64,000 nucleotides of DNA from Nitrospirales bacterium. GTDB taxonomy: Bacteria > Nitrospirota > Nitrospiria > Nitrospirales > UBA8639. The notes beneath the pieces were generated by a model that searched no databases, was not told where the DNA came from, and worked only from the letters and a program-made list of their open reading frames with translations. A program made the position numbers and the translations under genes. Location: NCBI GenBank assembly GCA_965203295.1, contig CBDBCZ010000017.1:2336001-2400000 (forward strand). The letters run 5' to 3'. This document shows, one piece after another, positions 1-10,905 of this stretch (positions are counted from its first letter, which is position 1; each line of letters opens with the position of its first letter).

Positions 1-38
1 GACGTTTCAACTGCTGTGCTGCTGTCTCCATCAGGGCA
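1..38 (-). ncRNA. Degenerate, truncated minimal hammerhead-ribozyme-like motif (Penelope-type)
   Basis: Minus strand reads CCCTGATGG-AGAC..GTT-GAAACGTC, resembling the CUGAUGA..stem II..GAAAC core with one core substitution; cut off by the window start. Confidence 0.4.
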
Positions 39-146
39 GTCATCAATACGGTAGCTACAGGCCAAACAAAAGCATGACTGTGAAAAAAAACTGTGAGGGA
101 AAGCCTGGGTACCAAGCTAGGGAAGCCCTAATAGTTTAAGTCTAGA

Positions 147-167
147 GGGGGGGGGGGGGGGGGGGGG
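147..167 (+). repeat. Poly-G run (21 nt)
   Basis: Direct read. Confidence 0.9.
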
Positions 168-189
168 TTAATTAGTAACAAAGTAAACA

Positions 190-702
190 CTAGAGGTCTC
201 TAGCAGAGACATACCCCGCGCTCCTGGACCCTGCAGACTGTAGCGCCGTATGCGAGCTGTAGGCGTGGTTGATCGCCGTAGTAATGATACATGCGTTTCT
301 CTACGTATACTCCAGTATGCTTTCTATCTGAATATCTCTTCTAAGCTCCATGTTGAATAAAAGACTCGTATACCATACTCGAGGGCTCGCGTATGTCCGT
401 ATTCAAGCTGTAGGCGTGACCAACTTGCCGTATTAAAAAATGGTTGAACACACCGATAATCAGAAACAGCGTGGAAATGCCGATAATAAAACCGCTTTCT
501 ACTATATCAGGTACAGACAGGCTAATGTATCACGGATTTCAGCGTTTGTCTTTTGTTTAGAAGTCGTTATAGCCTCTAAATCGCCCGTTTGAGAGATTTT
601 TCAAATTTTTTTTATGACAGACAACGACAACGACGACGACGACAACAGACGGACAAAACCGATTACTTAACCCCGCTTGCGCATACGCGCGCGGGGTAAT
701 AA
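190..702 (-). mobile_element. Non-autonomous Helentron/HINE (DINE-1-like) element
   Basis: Subterminal inverted repeats TACCCCGCGC (212-221) / GCGCGGGGTA (689-698); 5' hairpin (669-697); GTC-type microsatellite (~618-655); 3' hairpin GTCTCT-agc-AGAGAC (196-210); CTAG terminus (190-193). Confidence 0.7.
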
Positions 703-764
703 ATCAGCTTCATTGCCACTGTTTAATTACCAGGCGGCGCGTAGGCGGCGGCGGGGTTAAGCAA

Positions 765-3700
765 TTTTTTTTTTTTTTTTTTTTTTTAATTTTTTTTATT
801 TTTTATTTTTACGGTGCAGGTGTACGTACGTACGTACAACGATACACATAATTAGAACATAATAGAAAAGTTAAAGAGTCAAACTTGGCCGTCCACTGCG
901 GCCGGTCGGACTGGCAGGCGGCGAATCCACAGTGTGGCATTACCCTTCCATAGGGAGATTGCCAACCTTTGGAAAAGATGGCGAGTGGTCTCGGATGGAG
1001 GGATCCCCAGACGCTGCCCTTGGAGACGGCCAATGCTGGAAATGGTGTGGCTGGCTTCTAGACTCCACCCCCCTAGGCTTTCCACCACAAGTGGGACGAA
1101 GGAGACCCCGACGGAACGGCAGTCTTCGGCGTGGGCCGCCATCTTTCTCTCCTCCCCCACGGTCAGAGCGTGACCCGGGGTGGTGGCAGCTCCTGTCACA
1201 GTTAGATTCTGCATGGTCGAGATCACAGACACATCCAGGGCAGCGGGCTTGCCCCTCTTCCAGTTCGGAAGGTAAACATCTGCAGGGCGGCTGCTGGAAC
1301 CAGGGATCAGGGACGGAGCCTCCTTCCGCGGCGCAAGGGCGGCCGTTTGGGCCGCTGAGAATAGGGCGTCACGGATGGAGTCGTGCCTGTGGATTCTGTC
1401 TCCGTTCCCGCCACAGCCAACTTGATGGTCCCCAAAGGCATCTGATGCCCCGAGACAGATGGGACAGAGTGCCCCCTCTTCCCCCATCCTCAGGCCCAGC
1501 CAGTACTGGAGGCATAGGCGGAACTCTTTGTCCTGGAGGTGGAGTCCTAGCGAGGTGGACGGGACGACATTCAGCCAGGCACCCGCGTGAGGGAGGGCAG
1601 TGGAGTGGGCTAGAGCCTTGGAGCGAATGTCAGGAGCTGAGGTGAGGAGATGACGAAAACAGGCCTCATCGATGGAGTGGGAGAGGGGACGTTGCCGGAG
1701 GGGGACATCAATCTCCTCCAGGGAAACCCAGTCGGGCCTCTCAGCCGCCTCAGCCAACATGGAGATGGAATTTCCCATAGCCAGGGGAGCCTCTAGAGCA
1801 TGCCCAAGTATCTTAGAAGCCATCTCTTCTGATTGCACCAAGGAACTGATGTAGGCTGCTGGAGCATGCTGGGAGGCCCTCCGGATGTTCAGGCCACCGA
1901 GGGAGCTAGGGAGAGATGCTTTCAACCAAGCCCACTCCGGCAGGGGGCCGCCAGCTAGGTCAGACAGGGCCTCCCTCATGACGTCATCAAAGGCCACGGT
2001 GGCTTCCTGGATGTGGCCTGGAGGACAGGTACGTAAAGAAAAGGAGATCTTCGGCAGGGCAAGGCACGAGCGGAGGAGGGTTGTCTCCATCTGAGAGTCC
2101 TCCAAATCTGGAAGCCGAGACAGGGTCTCTCTCACTTTTGCCACCCTTTTCCCCACGGCGGCCTCACAGAAGGTGGGGGACCCAATGGGGGAGCCAAGGA
2201 GGACGAAGCCCTCTCTTGTGATGGGGATATCTGATGGAAGCTGATTGAGGGACGAGTCTGAGCCAGCCGGGATGAAAAGGAGGGACTTACCACGATTTAG
2301 GTGGAGACCCCGGTCGGGGCCTTCGGTCTCAATGATCTGCAAGGCGGCCTTGAGATCCGAAGGGGAGCCGACAAGGGTCCCATCATCAAGGTACCAGGCG
2401 TTGATCCTCAGACCTGGCACCTCTTGGTGGATGCGCTCTATGACGGGATGTAGGGTCAGAGCGAAGCCCAGAGGCCCAAGGGGGTCTCCTTGTTGCACAC
2501 CGCACTTACTTAAGATGGTGTTATCACCCAGATGGAGGGTCGGCTGGGCGCCATAGCAGCACTCCATCCAGGCAGAAATGCCTGGGATGCGGGACCTGGT
2601 CTCCACAAACATGTGACTTCGGCTGATGCTGTTGAAAGCATTAGAGAAGTCAAGTAGAAGGGCCCAACTCTCATTGGGAGGGGTATTTGGGTCGACCAGG
2701 GTGCTGGCTACCGAGTGGACAACCGCTTCGCAGCCTGCCTTTACTCCCACCCCGACTTGTAGGGGGGTGAGGGATCTGAAGGCCTCATCCTGCACACAGC
2801 GAGAGAGGCACTTTGAGGTCAGGCGGCGTAAAACCTCTCCCACAGCAATGGGGCGGAGCCCTCCACCTTTCTTCTGGCATGCAAGAAGGGTAGCACCACA
2901 GAGGTGTGGGATAACATCGGCAGGGGCTTGACCCGCACTGAGGAGCTTCACCAAACCTGTGAGAGCACGGAGAGCGTGAGCAGCTCGATCCGGGGAGGGG
3001 CACTGGACAGCTTCCCTGAGGTGACTCGCTCTGAGACTTGAAGGACCGGGGGCAGAACCACTAGGGAAGGACTTCAGGGCTTTTAAAACCACCGTCTCAG
3101 AGATGTCAACAGAGGTGGGTGGAGGGTCGAGAGGGATGAGAGGAGGGGGGGCCTGTGGATGTTTGGCCTGCATTTCCTTCAGGACCTCGGCGGAGGGGGG
3201 TGCTAGGCCTCCAGAAGACAGGGCTTGGATGGCCTTCCCATACTGCCCGTCCTCCACTGCACGCTTGGCGCGTCTGGCATTGGTTCTCCTTAGGAGCTCT
3301 GGAGTGGTGTCTTTTGGTGTCCTGCGGCGCCGTGTGCCCCTGGTTCCCTTCGCCAGCATCTCAGACCAAAGCTCAACGAAGTCACCGGCGCGCCACCTCC
3401 TAATGCGAGATCTCACCAGGTTTAGAGTCTCGCGCCAGTGCATACGCCCACCTCTCACAGGGTTGGCCAAAATGCAGCGGGGGAGCATGAAGCACTTTGA
3501 CCATGCTAGCTGGTCGGATGGCACCTGGCAGATAGAGTCCAAGGCTTCCCCCAACACGCCTGCCCAGGCATCTCTGACTCCTTTGGGGACGTGCAAGAGG
3601 GTGGGCAATTTTGTGCTAAAAATGGACTCAAATGATGGGAGGGCTTGAGCATTGGGGGTAGGTTGGCTGGGGGAGGAGGAGATGTTGGGTGCCAGGGCAT

Positions 3701-4121
3701 GATTGGAGGACGGCAGAATGGGAAGTGAGCCTGGCAAGGACCCCGCTGGAGGTGTTGTGGTGGTAGAGCTGACCCCTGATAGGACGTGCGTCTGGGAAGG
3801 ACCCGTGGTGGTAGAGTTGAGGCAGCTACCGAGGCGAATAGGCAGACAACTGACACAGGACTTGCCAGCCTTTACACAGGAGCAATTCCTACAGGTGCCA
3901 GTACGGTTGCAACGGCAGCAGGTCATGTTGGTACCCAGGACAGGCTAGCTCGAAACTCAAAAATTCAAATTGGTGGGCACCAAATAGAAAACGAGAGCGT
4001 CACCGCCCTCAGCGACAGAGCGGCCTCCTGGACTCTATCCCGTCGCCTGAGGGCTTAAGGGCTCCTGGGCCGACCGCACTGCCGCAGAGGGGAACTGGGA
4101 CTAAAGCCTGATTAAGCAATT
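765..4121 (-). mobile_element. Full-length non-LTR retrotransposon, RLE class (CRE-like)
   Basis: Poly(A) tail (T-run 765-810); single intact ORF; ~190-nt 5' UTR; TSD GGTTAAGCAATT at 755-766 and 4122-4133. Confidence 0.92.
879..3926 (-). CDS. Retrotransposon polyprotein: Cys-rich N-terminus, reverse transcriptase, CCHC knuckle, PD-(D/E)xK endonuclease (1015 aa)
   Basis: RT motifs LRPIAVGE, LLLDFSNAFN, GVQQGDPLGP, WYLDDG; CPIC..DHQVGC; RHD; RPADVY..ALDV; no stops. Confidence 0.95.
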   Translation of the reverse strand: MTCCRCNRTGTCRNCSCVKAGKSCVSCLPIRLGSCLNSTTTGPSQTHVLSGVSSTTTTPPAGSLPGSLPILPSSNHALAPNISSSPSQPTPNAQALPSFESIFSTKLPTLLHVPKGVRDAWAGVLGEALDSICQVPSDQLAWSKCFMLPRCILANPVRGGRMHWRETLNLVRSRIRRWRAGDFVELWSEMLAKGTRGTRRRRTPKDTTPELLRRTNARRAKRAVEDGQYGKAIQALSSGGLAPPSAEVLKEMQAKHPQAPPPLIPLDPPPTSVDISETVVLKALKSFPSGSAPGPSSLRASHLREAVQCPSPDRAAHALRALTGLVKLLSAGQAPADVIPHLCGATLLACQKKGGGLRPIAVGEVLRRLTSKCLSRCVQDEAFRSLTPLQVGVGVKAGCEAVVHSVASTLVDPNTPPNESWALLLDFSNAFNSISRSHMFVETRSRIPGISAWMECCYGAQPTLHLGDNTILSKCGVQQGDPLGPLGFALTLHPVIERIHQEVPGLRINAWYLDDGTLVGSPSDLKAALQIIETEGPDRGLHLNRGKSLLFIPAGSDSSLNQLPSDIPITREGFVLLGSPIGSPTFCEAAVGKRVAKVRETLSRLPDLEDSQMETTLLRSCLALPKISFSLRTCPPGHIQEATVAFDDVMREALSDLAGGPLPEWAWLKASLPSSLGGLNIRRASQHAPAAYISSLVQSEEMASKILGHALEAPLAMGNSISMLAEAAERPDWVSLEEIDVPLRQRPLSHSIDEACFRHLLTSAPDIRSKALAHSTALPHAGAWLNVVPSTSLGLHLQDKEFRLCLQYWLGLRMGEEGALCPICLGASDAFGDHQVGCGGNGDRIHRHDSIRDALFSAAQTAALAPRKEAPSLIPGSSSRPADVYLPNWKRGKPAALDVSVISTMQNLTVTGAATTPGHALTVGEERKMAAHAEDCRSVGVSFVPLVVESLGGWSLEASHTISSIGRLQGQRLGIPPSETTRHLFQRLAISLWKGNATLWIRRLPVRPAAVDGQV

Positions 4122-5395
4122 GGTTAAGCAATTGGTTCTGTCTGTCCGTCCGTCTGTCCGTCTGTCAGGTGTCTGTCCACTCAAAAATCGGACGCGATTT
4201 ACGGGGTTAAACGATTGCTAAACACGACAGTAACATTGAACTAGTTTTCAGAGTATTGATGGTATGCACCATGCATGCATTAATTCTCCTTTAACCAGGA
4301 TAGTGAAGATCTCGATGCCAAGATATCAGGTGCACTGTTAAAACTGGGGTGTAGCTGTTACACTACAGGGTGTAAGTAAATGTAGGGATAGAGGTGAAAG
4401 TATAGTACATTGGTGTAAAGTGAATGAAAAGGGTGTAAGTTGAAGGCAAGGTAGTATTGTATGATGTAATGCTAATTAACACGTTGAAATTAAGCATATA
4501 AAGATATTGAAATGTAGACGAGTGTCTATGTTGTCGAAAACGCTTACAATGACCAGAAACATTCCCGAAATTATACTAACAATAATTCCGAGCGAAGCGA
4601 GGCTATACTCCGGTTCCATTGACCTTTTTCGTCGTCATGGTCCACGTCCCTCCCAGCCACTTCTCCGGACATATAGCCTACCAAACTCGCAGCGAACACT
4701 TACCTTCGTTACAGAACTCTGTACGAGAGACTTGGAAGCGCTCACTATTACAGCGGGCCTGCTTCAGCCTGTGGTCTTCCAGGCGCATTATTGCGCGTAG
4801 CCATTTTTTATTTGGGGTTGTAGGCGTGCCCTGTTACGTTTGACCTTTTTCTGCTTGGTAGGCGCGCCGCAAAATATATGGCCACACCCAGCAATTCTCG
4901 CGAAGCGAGGACATCCCTGCACATTGTGTATCACTAGTTATTAAGGTCACAAAATGCAGTGTATACAATTTGTCAGAAACATTCACAACGAGCACAAACG
5001 CCCCCGAAATTCAAGCACATGCAGCGATTGAGCATAATATTGATGTTATTGTAAATGCAGTACAAGTGTTACAGTATCTACTTTGTCACAAACGCTTACA
5101 AAGTAACAGACCTACCAGCTATCACATGTTAGTCATAGAACAAAGATAGCCATTGTTGTAATTGTTACAAAATATTAGAGTCAGACTTGTACCCAGAGAC
5201 ACCATTGTTTGGAAAACTGTATAAATAGTCCGTTGCATTTTGTGCATGTGAGTGATGTGATGTGTATACGTGCTACACTGGATACTGGAGTTGAGTTCTA
5301 TATTATACTGAAGTTGAGTTTTGCGAAGAACCCGGCCCGCGACAAGTGGGGGAGAAATATCGAGCTGTTGACAGCACAATTTGCCGAACTGCGGC

Positions 5396-5551
5396 ATGGC
5401 GGAAGACGGCGTCAGACGCAGGAGAGTGCCCGTGCTCCAGAGAGGCATAACGCCGAGCCAGCCGGGAGAGCACAGAGACTGGCCCAGGAGACTACTGGAG
5501 TCCAGAGAAGCTCTCCGCCTCTCATCAAATGCCCTGAGGCTGTGTCTCGAG
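5396..5551 (+). other. Putative orphan first coding exon (MAEDGVRRRR...LRLCLE)
   Basis: GC/CpG-rich island in AT-rich surroundings; GGCATGG start context; 52 open codons ending at a GTGAG donor. Confidence 0.5.
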
Positions 5552-6685
5552 GTGAGCAATTAAGTATACAGTCATCTCTGCAATTTGCGCATATTTTGAA
5601 TAGTATTTACCCAATGGCATCTGCCACCATTACCTGAATTCTCCCGAAAATCAAACACATACAAAGGCATTGGAGATGTAGTGCATGTGTTTGGTCATGA
5701 TCAGAAACACTTAAACAGAGCAGAAACGCTCCCAAAATTCAAACACAATGATTTTGCATATGCATTATCACTAACTGACAGACAGATACAGCCGAGATAC
5801 GCTCCCAAAATTCAAACAATGATCAGCATAATTACAATACAATTGAAAATGCAGTGGTTATACCTTGTATATCTTGTCAGAAGCGCTCACAATGAGCTGA
5901 AACGCTTCCAAAATTCAGGCACAGTGGTATAATGTATAATGGTATTGAAAATGCTGTATATGTATGAACACAAACGCTCGCAAAGAGCAGCAACTCACCC
6001 AAAAATGATTATATCAAGGTATTGAAAATGCAGTGTATATGTCTTGTCAGAAATTTTCAAAAGGAGCAGAAACGTGCCCTAATTTTAAACACAATGATTT
6101 GGCATATTAAAGTATTGAAAATGTAGGATATATCTCTTGTCAGAAACGTTACAAAGATCAGAGACTTTTCAAAAATTCAAACACAATGACATAAGATATA
6201 AAGATATTGAAAATACGGTGTGTATATCTTGTCAGAAACACTTACAGATAATATAAACGTGCTCAAAATTCGAAAAACGATGACTTAGCATAACCTGGCA
6301 TAGAAAATGCAGTGTATATTCTCATCAGAAACGCTCACAACGAGCTGAAACGCCCCTAAAATTCAAACACAATGTTTTAGTATAAACTAATGTATAAATA
6401 TTCAGTTGAATAATTGAAAATGCACTTCATGTATCTTGTCAAAAATGTTCACAAAGTGCAGAAACGCTCCTGAAATCATTTTGGCTCTAATGGTAATAGT
6501 GAAAATGTAGTGCAAGTATCTAGTCGAAAAAGATTACTAATTTCTAAGAGCTAAACTGTTCCCAAAATTCAAACACAATGATTTAGGATACAAAACTACT
6601 GAAAGTGCAGTGGATATATCTGGTCAGAAACGCTTACAAAGAGCAAAAACGCTCCCGAACTTCAAACACTATGATTTAGCATATA

Positions 6686-7065
6686 CCGTATTGTCCCGAG
6701 CAAGCGCCCATGGGCGCTTGCAGCTCACGCTAGAAAAATTATGGGTGGGCGCTTACACAGAGGAGCCCTTTGAACTACTCAGTTACCACTGTGTAAGGGC
6801 CCACCCTCCACTTACTTGTACTGCTTCAGCTACTACCATGAAGCCATTGGAAAGAATGCATGCACTTACCCCTTGTAAAGCTTCAGTAGTACTCCAAAGG
6901 AAGCCTAGCCTCTGCATGGCCAGTTAGTGTATTGCATAGTATTGTGTAATACTGGTATGAATACAAGGTGGGCGCTTACACGGAGGAGCCTCCCAGACAA
7001 AAGGCTTATCAAAACTGGGGGGTGGGCGCTTACACAGGGGTGGGCGCTTGCTCGGGACAATACGG
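6686..7065. mobile_element. MITE, Tc1/mariner-pogo type
   Basis: TIR CCGTATTGTCCCGAGCAAGCGCCCA at both ends; TA duplication; removing it restores a satellite unit. Confidence 0.9.
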
Positions 7066-9028
7066 TAATGGCATTAAAACTGCAGTGTATATATCTTGTC
7101 AGAAACGATCTCGAAATTCCAACATAGCGAAATTGCAATTAAAGGAATTGAAAATGCAGTGCATGTACCTTGAATGCTATAAATGATTACAAAGAGCAGA
7201 ATGCTTTCGAAATTCAAAAACAATCATTTAGCACATAAAGAAATTGAAAATGCTGTGTATATATCTTGCATAAACGGTCACGAAGACTACAAACTTTCTG
7301 AAGTTCAAGCTCAATGATTTCGCATATAAAAGACGGTGTATATATATATTGTCAGTAATGCTTACTAAGAGCAGAAATGCTTCCGAATTTTGAACACAAT
7401 GAATTTGCATACAAAACTTTTGAAAATGCAGCATGCATGTGTCTTGTCATGAACGCTTACAAATAGCAGAAATGCTCCCAATTTTCAAATACAATGGTTT
7501 AGCGCGCCTATGTAATTATTGAAAATGCAGTCGTCAGAAACGCTCACGATGAGCAGAAACCTTCCCGAAATGTAAGTACAATGACATAGCATAAAAACGC
7601 ATGCATTCGAAATGCAGTTTATATGTCCTATCAGAAACGCTTACAAATAGTAGAAGCTTTCCGAAAGGTTCAAAATGAGCAGAAACGTGCCCGAATTCCA
7701 AACACATTAATTAGCCTATAAAAGTATTGAAAATGCAGTTTATGTATGTTGTCACAAACGCTAACATAGAGCAGGAACGCTCCCGAAATTCAAACACAAT
7801 AGTTAGCATATAATGGCATTGAAAATGCAGTGTTAATACCTTGTCAGAATCGCTTACGGAGAGCAGAAATGCTCCCGATATATAACCACAATCATTTAGC
7901 ATATAATAATATAAGTGTATTGAAGATTCGGTGGACATTATAATCATGTCAGAAACGTTGAAAACGAGTAGCAACGTGACTGAATTTCAAACCATATAAG
8001 GGTATTTAAAATGTAGTGTACATAACTTGTCAGAAACGTTCATCACAAGTAGAAACGTCCCAAAAATTCAAACACAATGATTGAACATATAATGCTATTG
8101 CTAATGCAGTGTATATATGTTGTCACAAACGTTTACAAAGAGCAGCAACACTCAAACACAATGATATAGAGTAGGGCATTGAAAATGTATAGTGCATGTG
8201 TTTTGTCAGAAATGCTTACGAAGAGCAGAAACGTTCCCGAAATTTAAAACACAATGCTTCAGCATGATATAATTGTAGTGAAATGCTGTGTATAGTCTTG
8301 TTAGAAACGCTTGAAATGAGCAGAAACGTTCCCAAAGTATAAACGCAATGATTTAGCATACAAGGGTATTGAAAATAAAGTGTATATATCTCGACAGAAA
8401 CATGCACAATGAGCAGAAACGTTCCCGAAATTAAAATGCAAAGATTTAGGATAAAATGGTATAAAATGTAGTGTGTTTGTCCTGTAAAAAACGCTGACAA
8501 AGAGCGAAACTTTCCCCAAAGTCAAACACAGTAATTTTGCCTATAATGGTTTTTAAAATGCAGTGCATGTATCGTATCAGAAAGTTTTATAAGAGGTACA
8601 ATCATTCCCGAAATTGAAACTCAAAAATTAGGATATGAAACAAGTATTGGAAGTATGCTGGTTATGTCTCTTATCAGAAGCTCTGAAAAGATGAGACACT
8701 CCCAAATTCAAACGCGTCTACGTAAGTTCATCATACAACACAGAAAAATTTCTCTCCCTTCTCTTCATATGCGATGTTGTGTGTATGGGCATGTACATGT
8801 GTCTAACTTACTGTGTAAAACACATGTACATGATTGTCCATATACACTAACACAGAATGTATTAAAAAGGTGATTAATTCCTTCAAAAAATGTAAATATG
8901 TACAGTTGCTGTCAGATTGTAAACTATTTGTAGGTATATATCATTTCAATGTCAAGTGTATTATTTATAGCTATTTTCCCAGAATAGCAAAAGCTCATAC
9001 ACTAACCCCTGGGAAGATGCTGTCCATG

Positions 9029-9397
9029 TGTTGAGCCTTTCTTGGAATCAATACTTGAGAGTAAGTGTCGGTCTAGACAGGCTAGACTTCGGGTTCGCTA
9101 TGCTGACTACAACGCTTGAAGCATGCAGACTGAATCTACCATGCGGATAACTGAACAGTTTCAGAGTCAAAACTTTACTTCAACAGTAGCAGTGATAGAC
9201 AGCAAAAACTTGAGCGGACTGAAAGTGTGAGAGGGTACAAGTGTGAAAAAAAACAGAGGCCTTACTAGTGCACAGATCAAAATGAAGCCAATGACATAAT
9301 GGTGGCGGGCGTCGCACAAAGAACTATTGAAGTAAAGACAGTGACATAAACATTACATACACTAAATAAATCTAGAGAGTCCTAACTGAGCAAAACA
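9029..9397 (+). mobile_element. Solo LTR (369 bp)
   Basis: TGT...ACA termini; 5-bp TSD CCATG (9024-9028, 9398-9402); AATAAA at 9365-9370; absent from the paralogous segment at ~33215. Confidence 0.75.
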
Positions 9398-9614
9398 CCA
9401 TGTTCAAGGACAATGTTTGTCATGTACATTAACTTGTAGGCCTTGTCTGCTATTGGATATGACCTTAACTGGGAATCTTGGTACATGTTTTGCAGTTTCT
9501 TGTGGAGGTACTACATCAGAAGAAGGGTTTCATTTTGAAGGCAGACAAAAAAGAACCATTCTATCAGGTGCTTGTGTAGACCTATGAAGACTTCCTCATG
9601 TTGTGAAATGCAGA

Positions 9615-9870
9615 GTTTCCTTGCAAGGTCTTGCAATGTTCTAGCATAGCTTTCTTGCAGAATTTTGTAAGTTATCTAGCAGACTTCTTGCAGGACTCAC
9701 AAGGATTTTGGCCGCTTCTTGCATGATCTTGCATTTTATTTCTTGCAAGCCCTTGCAAAACTTCTCATCATGCAACAAAAATCTTGCAAGGTGTTAGAAT
9801 CTTGTGTTAAAATTTGCATGACTCATAGAAAAATCCTGCAAGATCTGGTGCAAGAACCTTGCAAGACATT
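9615..9870. repeat. Degenerate (T)CTTGCA(AG) short-repeat cluster
   Basis: Many CTTGCA/TGCAAG copies at irregular spacing. Confidence 0.6.
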
Positions 9871-10004
9871 CATCAGCTTCCTTATATATTGACTCCAGTT
9901 GCCCTGGATAACAATAGATAATTATGTATATAATACGTATTTCTGTCTTATATGATTTCTGTATTATAAGCTTGCTATTGTTTGGTGCGTGCTATGTGAC
10001 CATT

Positions 10005-10200
10005 ATCCAGCGTTGTGAGCATTTTCTGATAGTTGTGAGCATTTTCTGGAGTTGTAAGCATTTTCTGATATAGTTGTGAGCAATATCCAGTGTTGTGAGT
10101 ACTTTCAGGGGTTATGAGCAATATCCAGTGTTGTGAGCAATTTCTGGAGTTGTGAGCAATATCCAGTGTTGTGAGCAATTTCTGGAGTTGTGAGTATTTT
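10005..10200 (+). repeat. ~19-bp minisatellite with two alternating variants
   Basis: TTGTGAGCAATATCCAGTG / TTGTGAGCAATTTCTGGAG units. Confidence 0.85.
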
Positions 10201-10905
10201 GTGGAGCTGTGACCATTGTCGTAATGGGCAGCAGAAAGATCTCAACATTGCATCCAGATTTGAAGGTGTTGCAGATGTGTGTATATGTTTATGTGGGTGT
10301 ACATACATGTACGTGTATAGCCATTTGATTAACAGTTATATAAATAAAACCAGGGTGTATTAATAACAGCCAGAGCTCTGTATTGTGCATGATGTGAATA
10401 CAGAAAAGGGGAAAGTTAATTTGTAACATGTTTTTGACATCCACTTTGCACTTTCAGTCTGAGGGAGACTTTGAGATGACCACTCTGCTTCGATCAAATA
10501 TGAAGAATATCCTCAATCTCCTACTACTCCACTTGAGCACTCACAGGGAGAGAGTACTGGCTGGGATAAAGATGCTTGCAGAGATGAACCAGTTGGCTGG
10601 AGAGGAGAAACCACTGCAAATGGACAGTGAGAAGCAGATGGTGAGTTGGCATTGTCTTTACTGTGCCACCAGTGGAAGTGGCGTAGGTCAGAGTCTGAAG
10701 AAATATCTTTCATAGCAAATATTATTTGTGAGAGCTGCACGAAACTGTTCACAACGTTTCATCAAACCACTCTCATTGCAAATATTCACTTATGAACTTT
10801 CCTGAAACTTCACAAAGGATACATGTAGCTATATCCATGTACGTGAAGCTTCAGTCCAGAACAGTTTGCATAATAGAGTTAATAACACCAGGTACATGTA
10901 TACTG

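Larger units (their letters stand above)
727..4938 (+). mobile_element. Second HINE-like element interrupted by the retrotransposon (727-766 + 4122-4938)
   Basis: 5' end ...GCGGGGTTAAGCAATTGGTTCTGTCTGTCCGTCCGTCTGTCC parallels the 5' end of the element at 190-702; ends in short hairpins and CTAGT (4934-4938). Confidence 0.55.
4950..8715 (+). repeat. Degenerate ~92-bp tandem satellite array (roughly 30 units), interrupted at ~5106-5640 and 6686-7065
   Basis: Recurring TTGAAAATGCAGTG..CTTGTCAGAAACGC..GAGCAGAAAC..CCCGAAATTCAAACACAATGATTTAGCAT; unit starts near 6019, 6111, 6203. Confidence 0.9.

Noticed and set aside
932..3948. Plus-strand and alternate-frame ORFs over the retrotransposon
   Set aside because: Antisense/shadow ORFs of a GC-rich coding sequence.
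4950..8715. CRISPR-like array
   Set aside because: Whole units are homologous and degenerate; no unique spacers, no cas genes, eukaryotic context.
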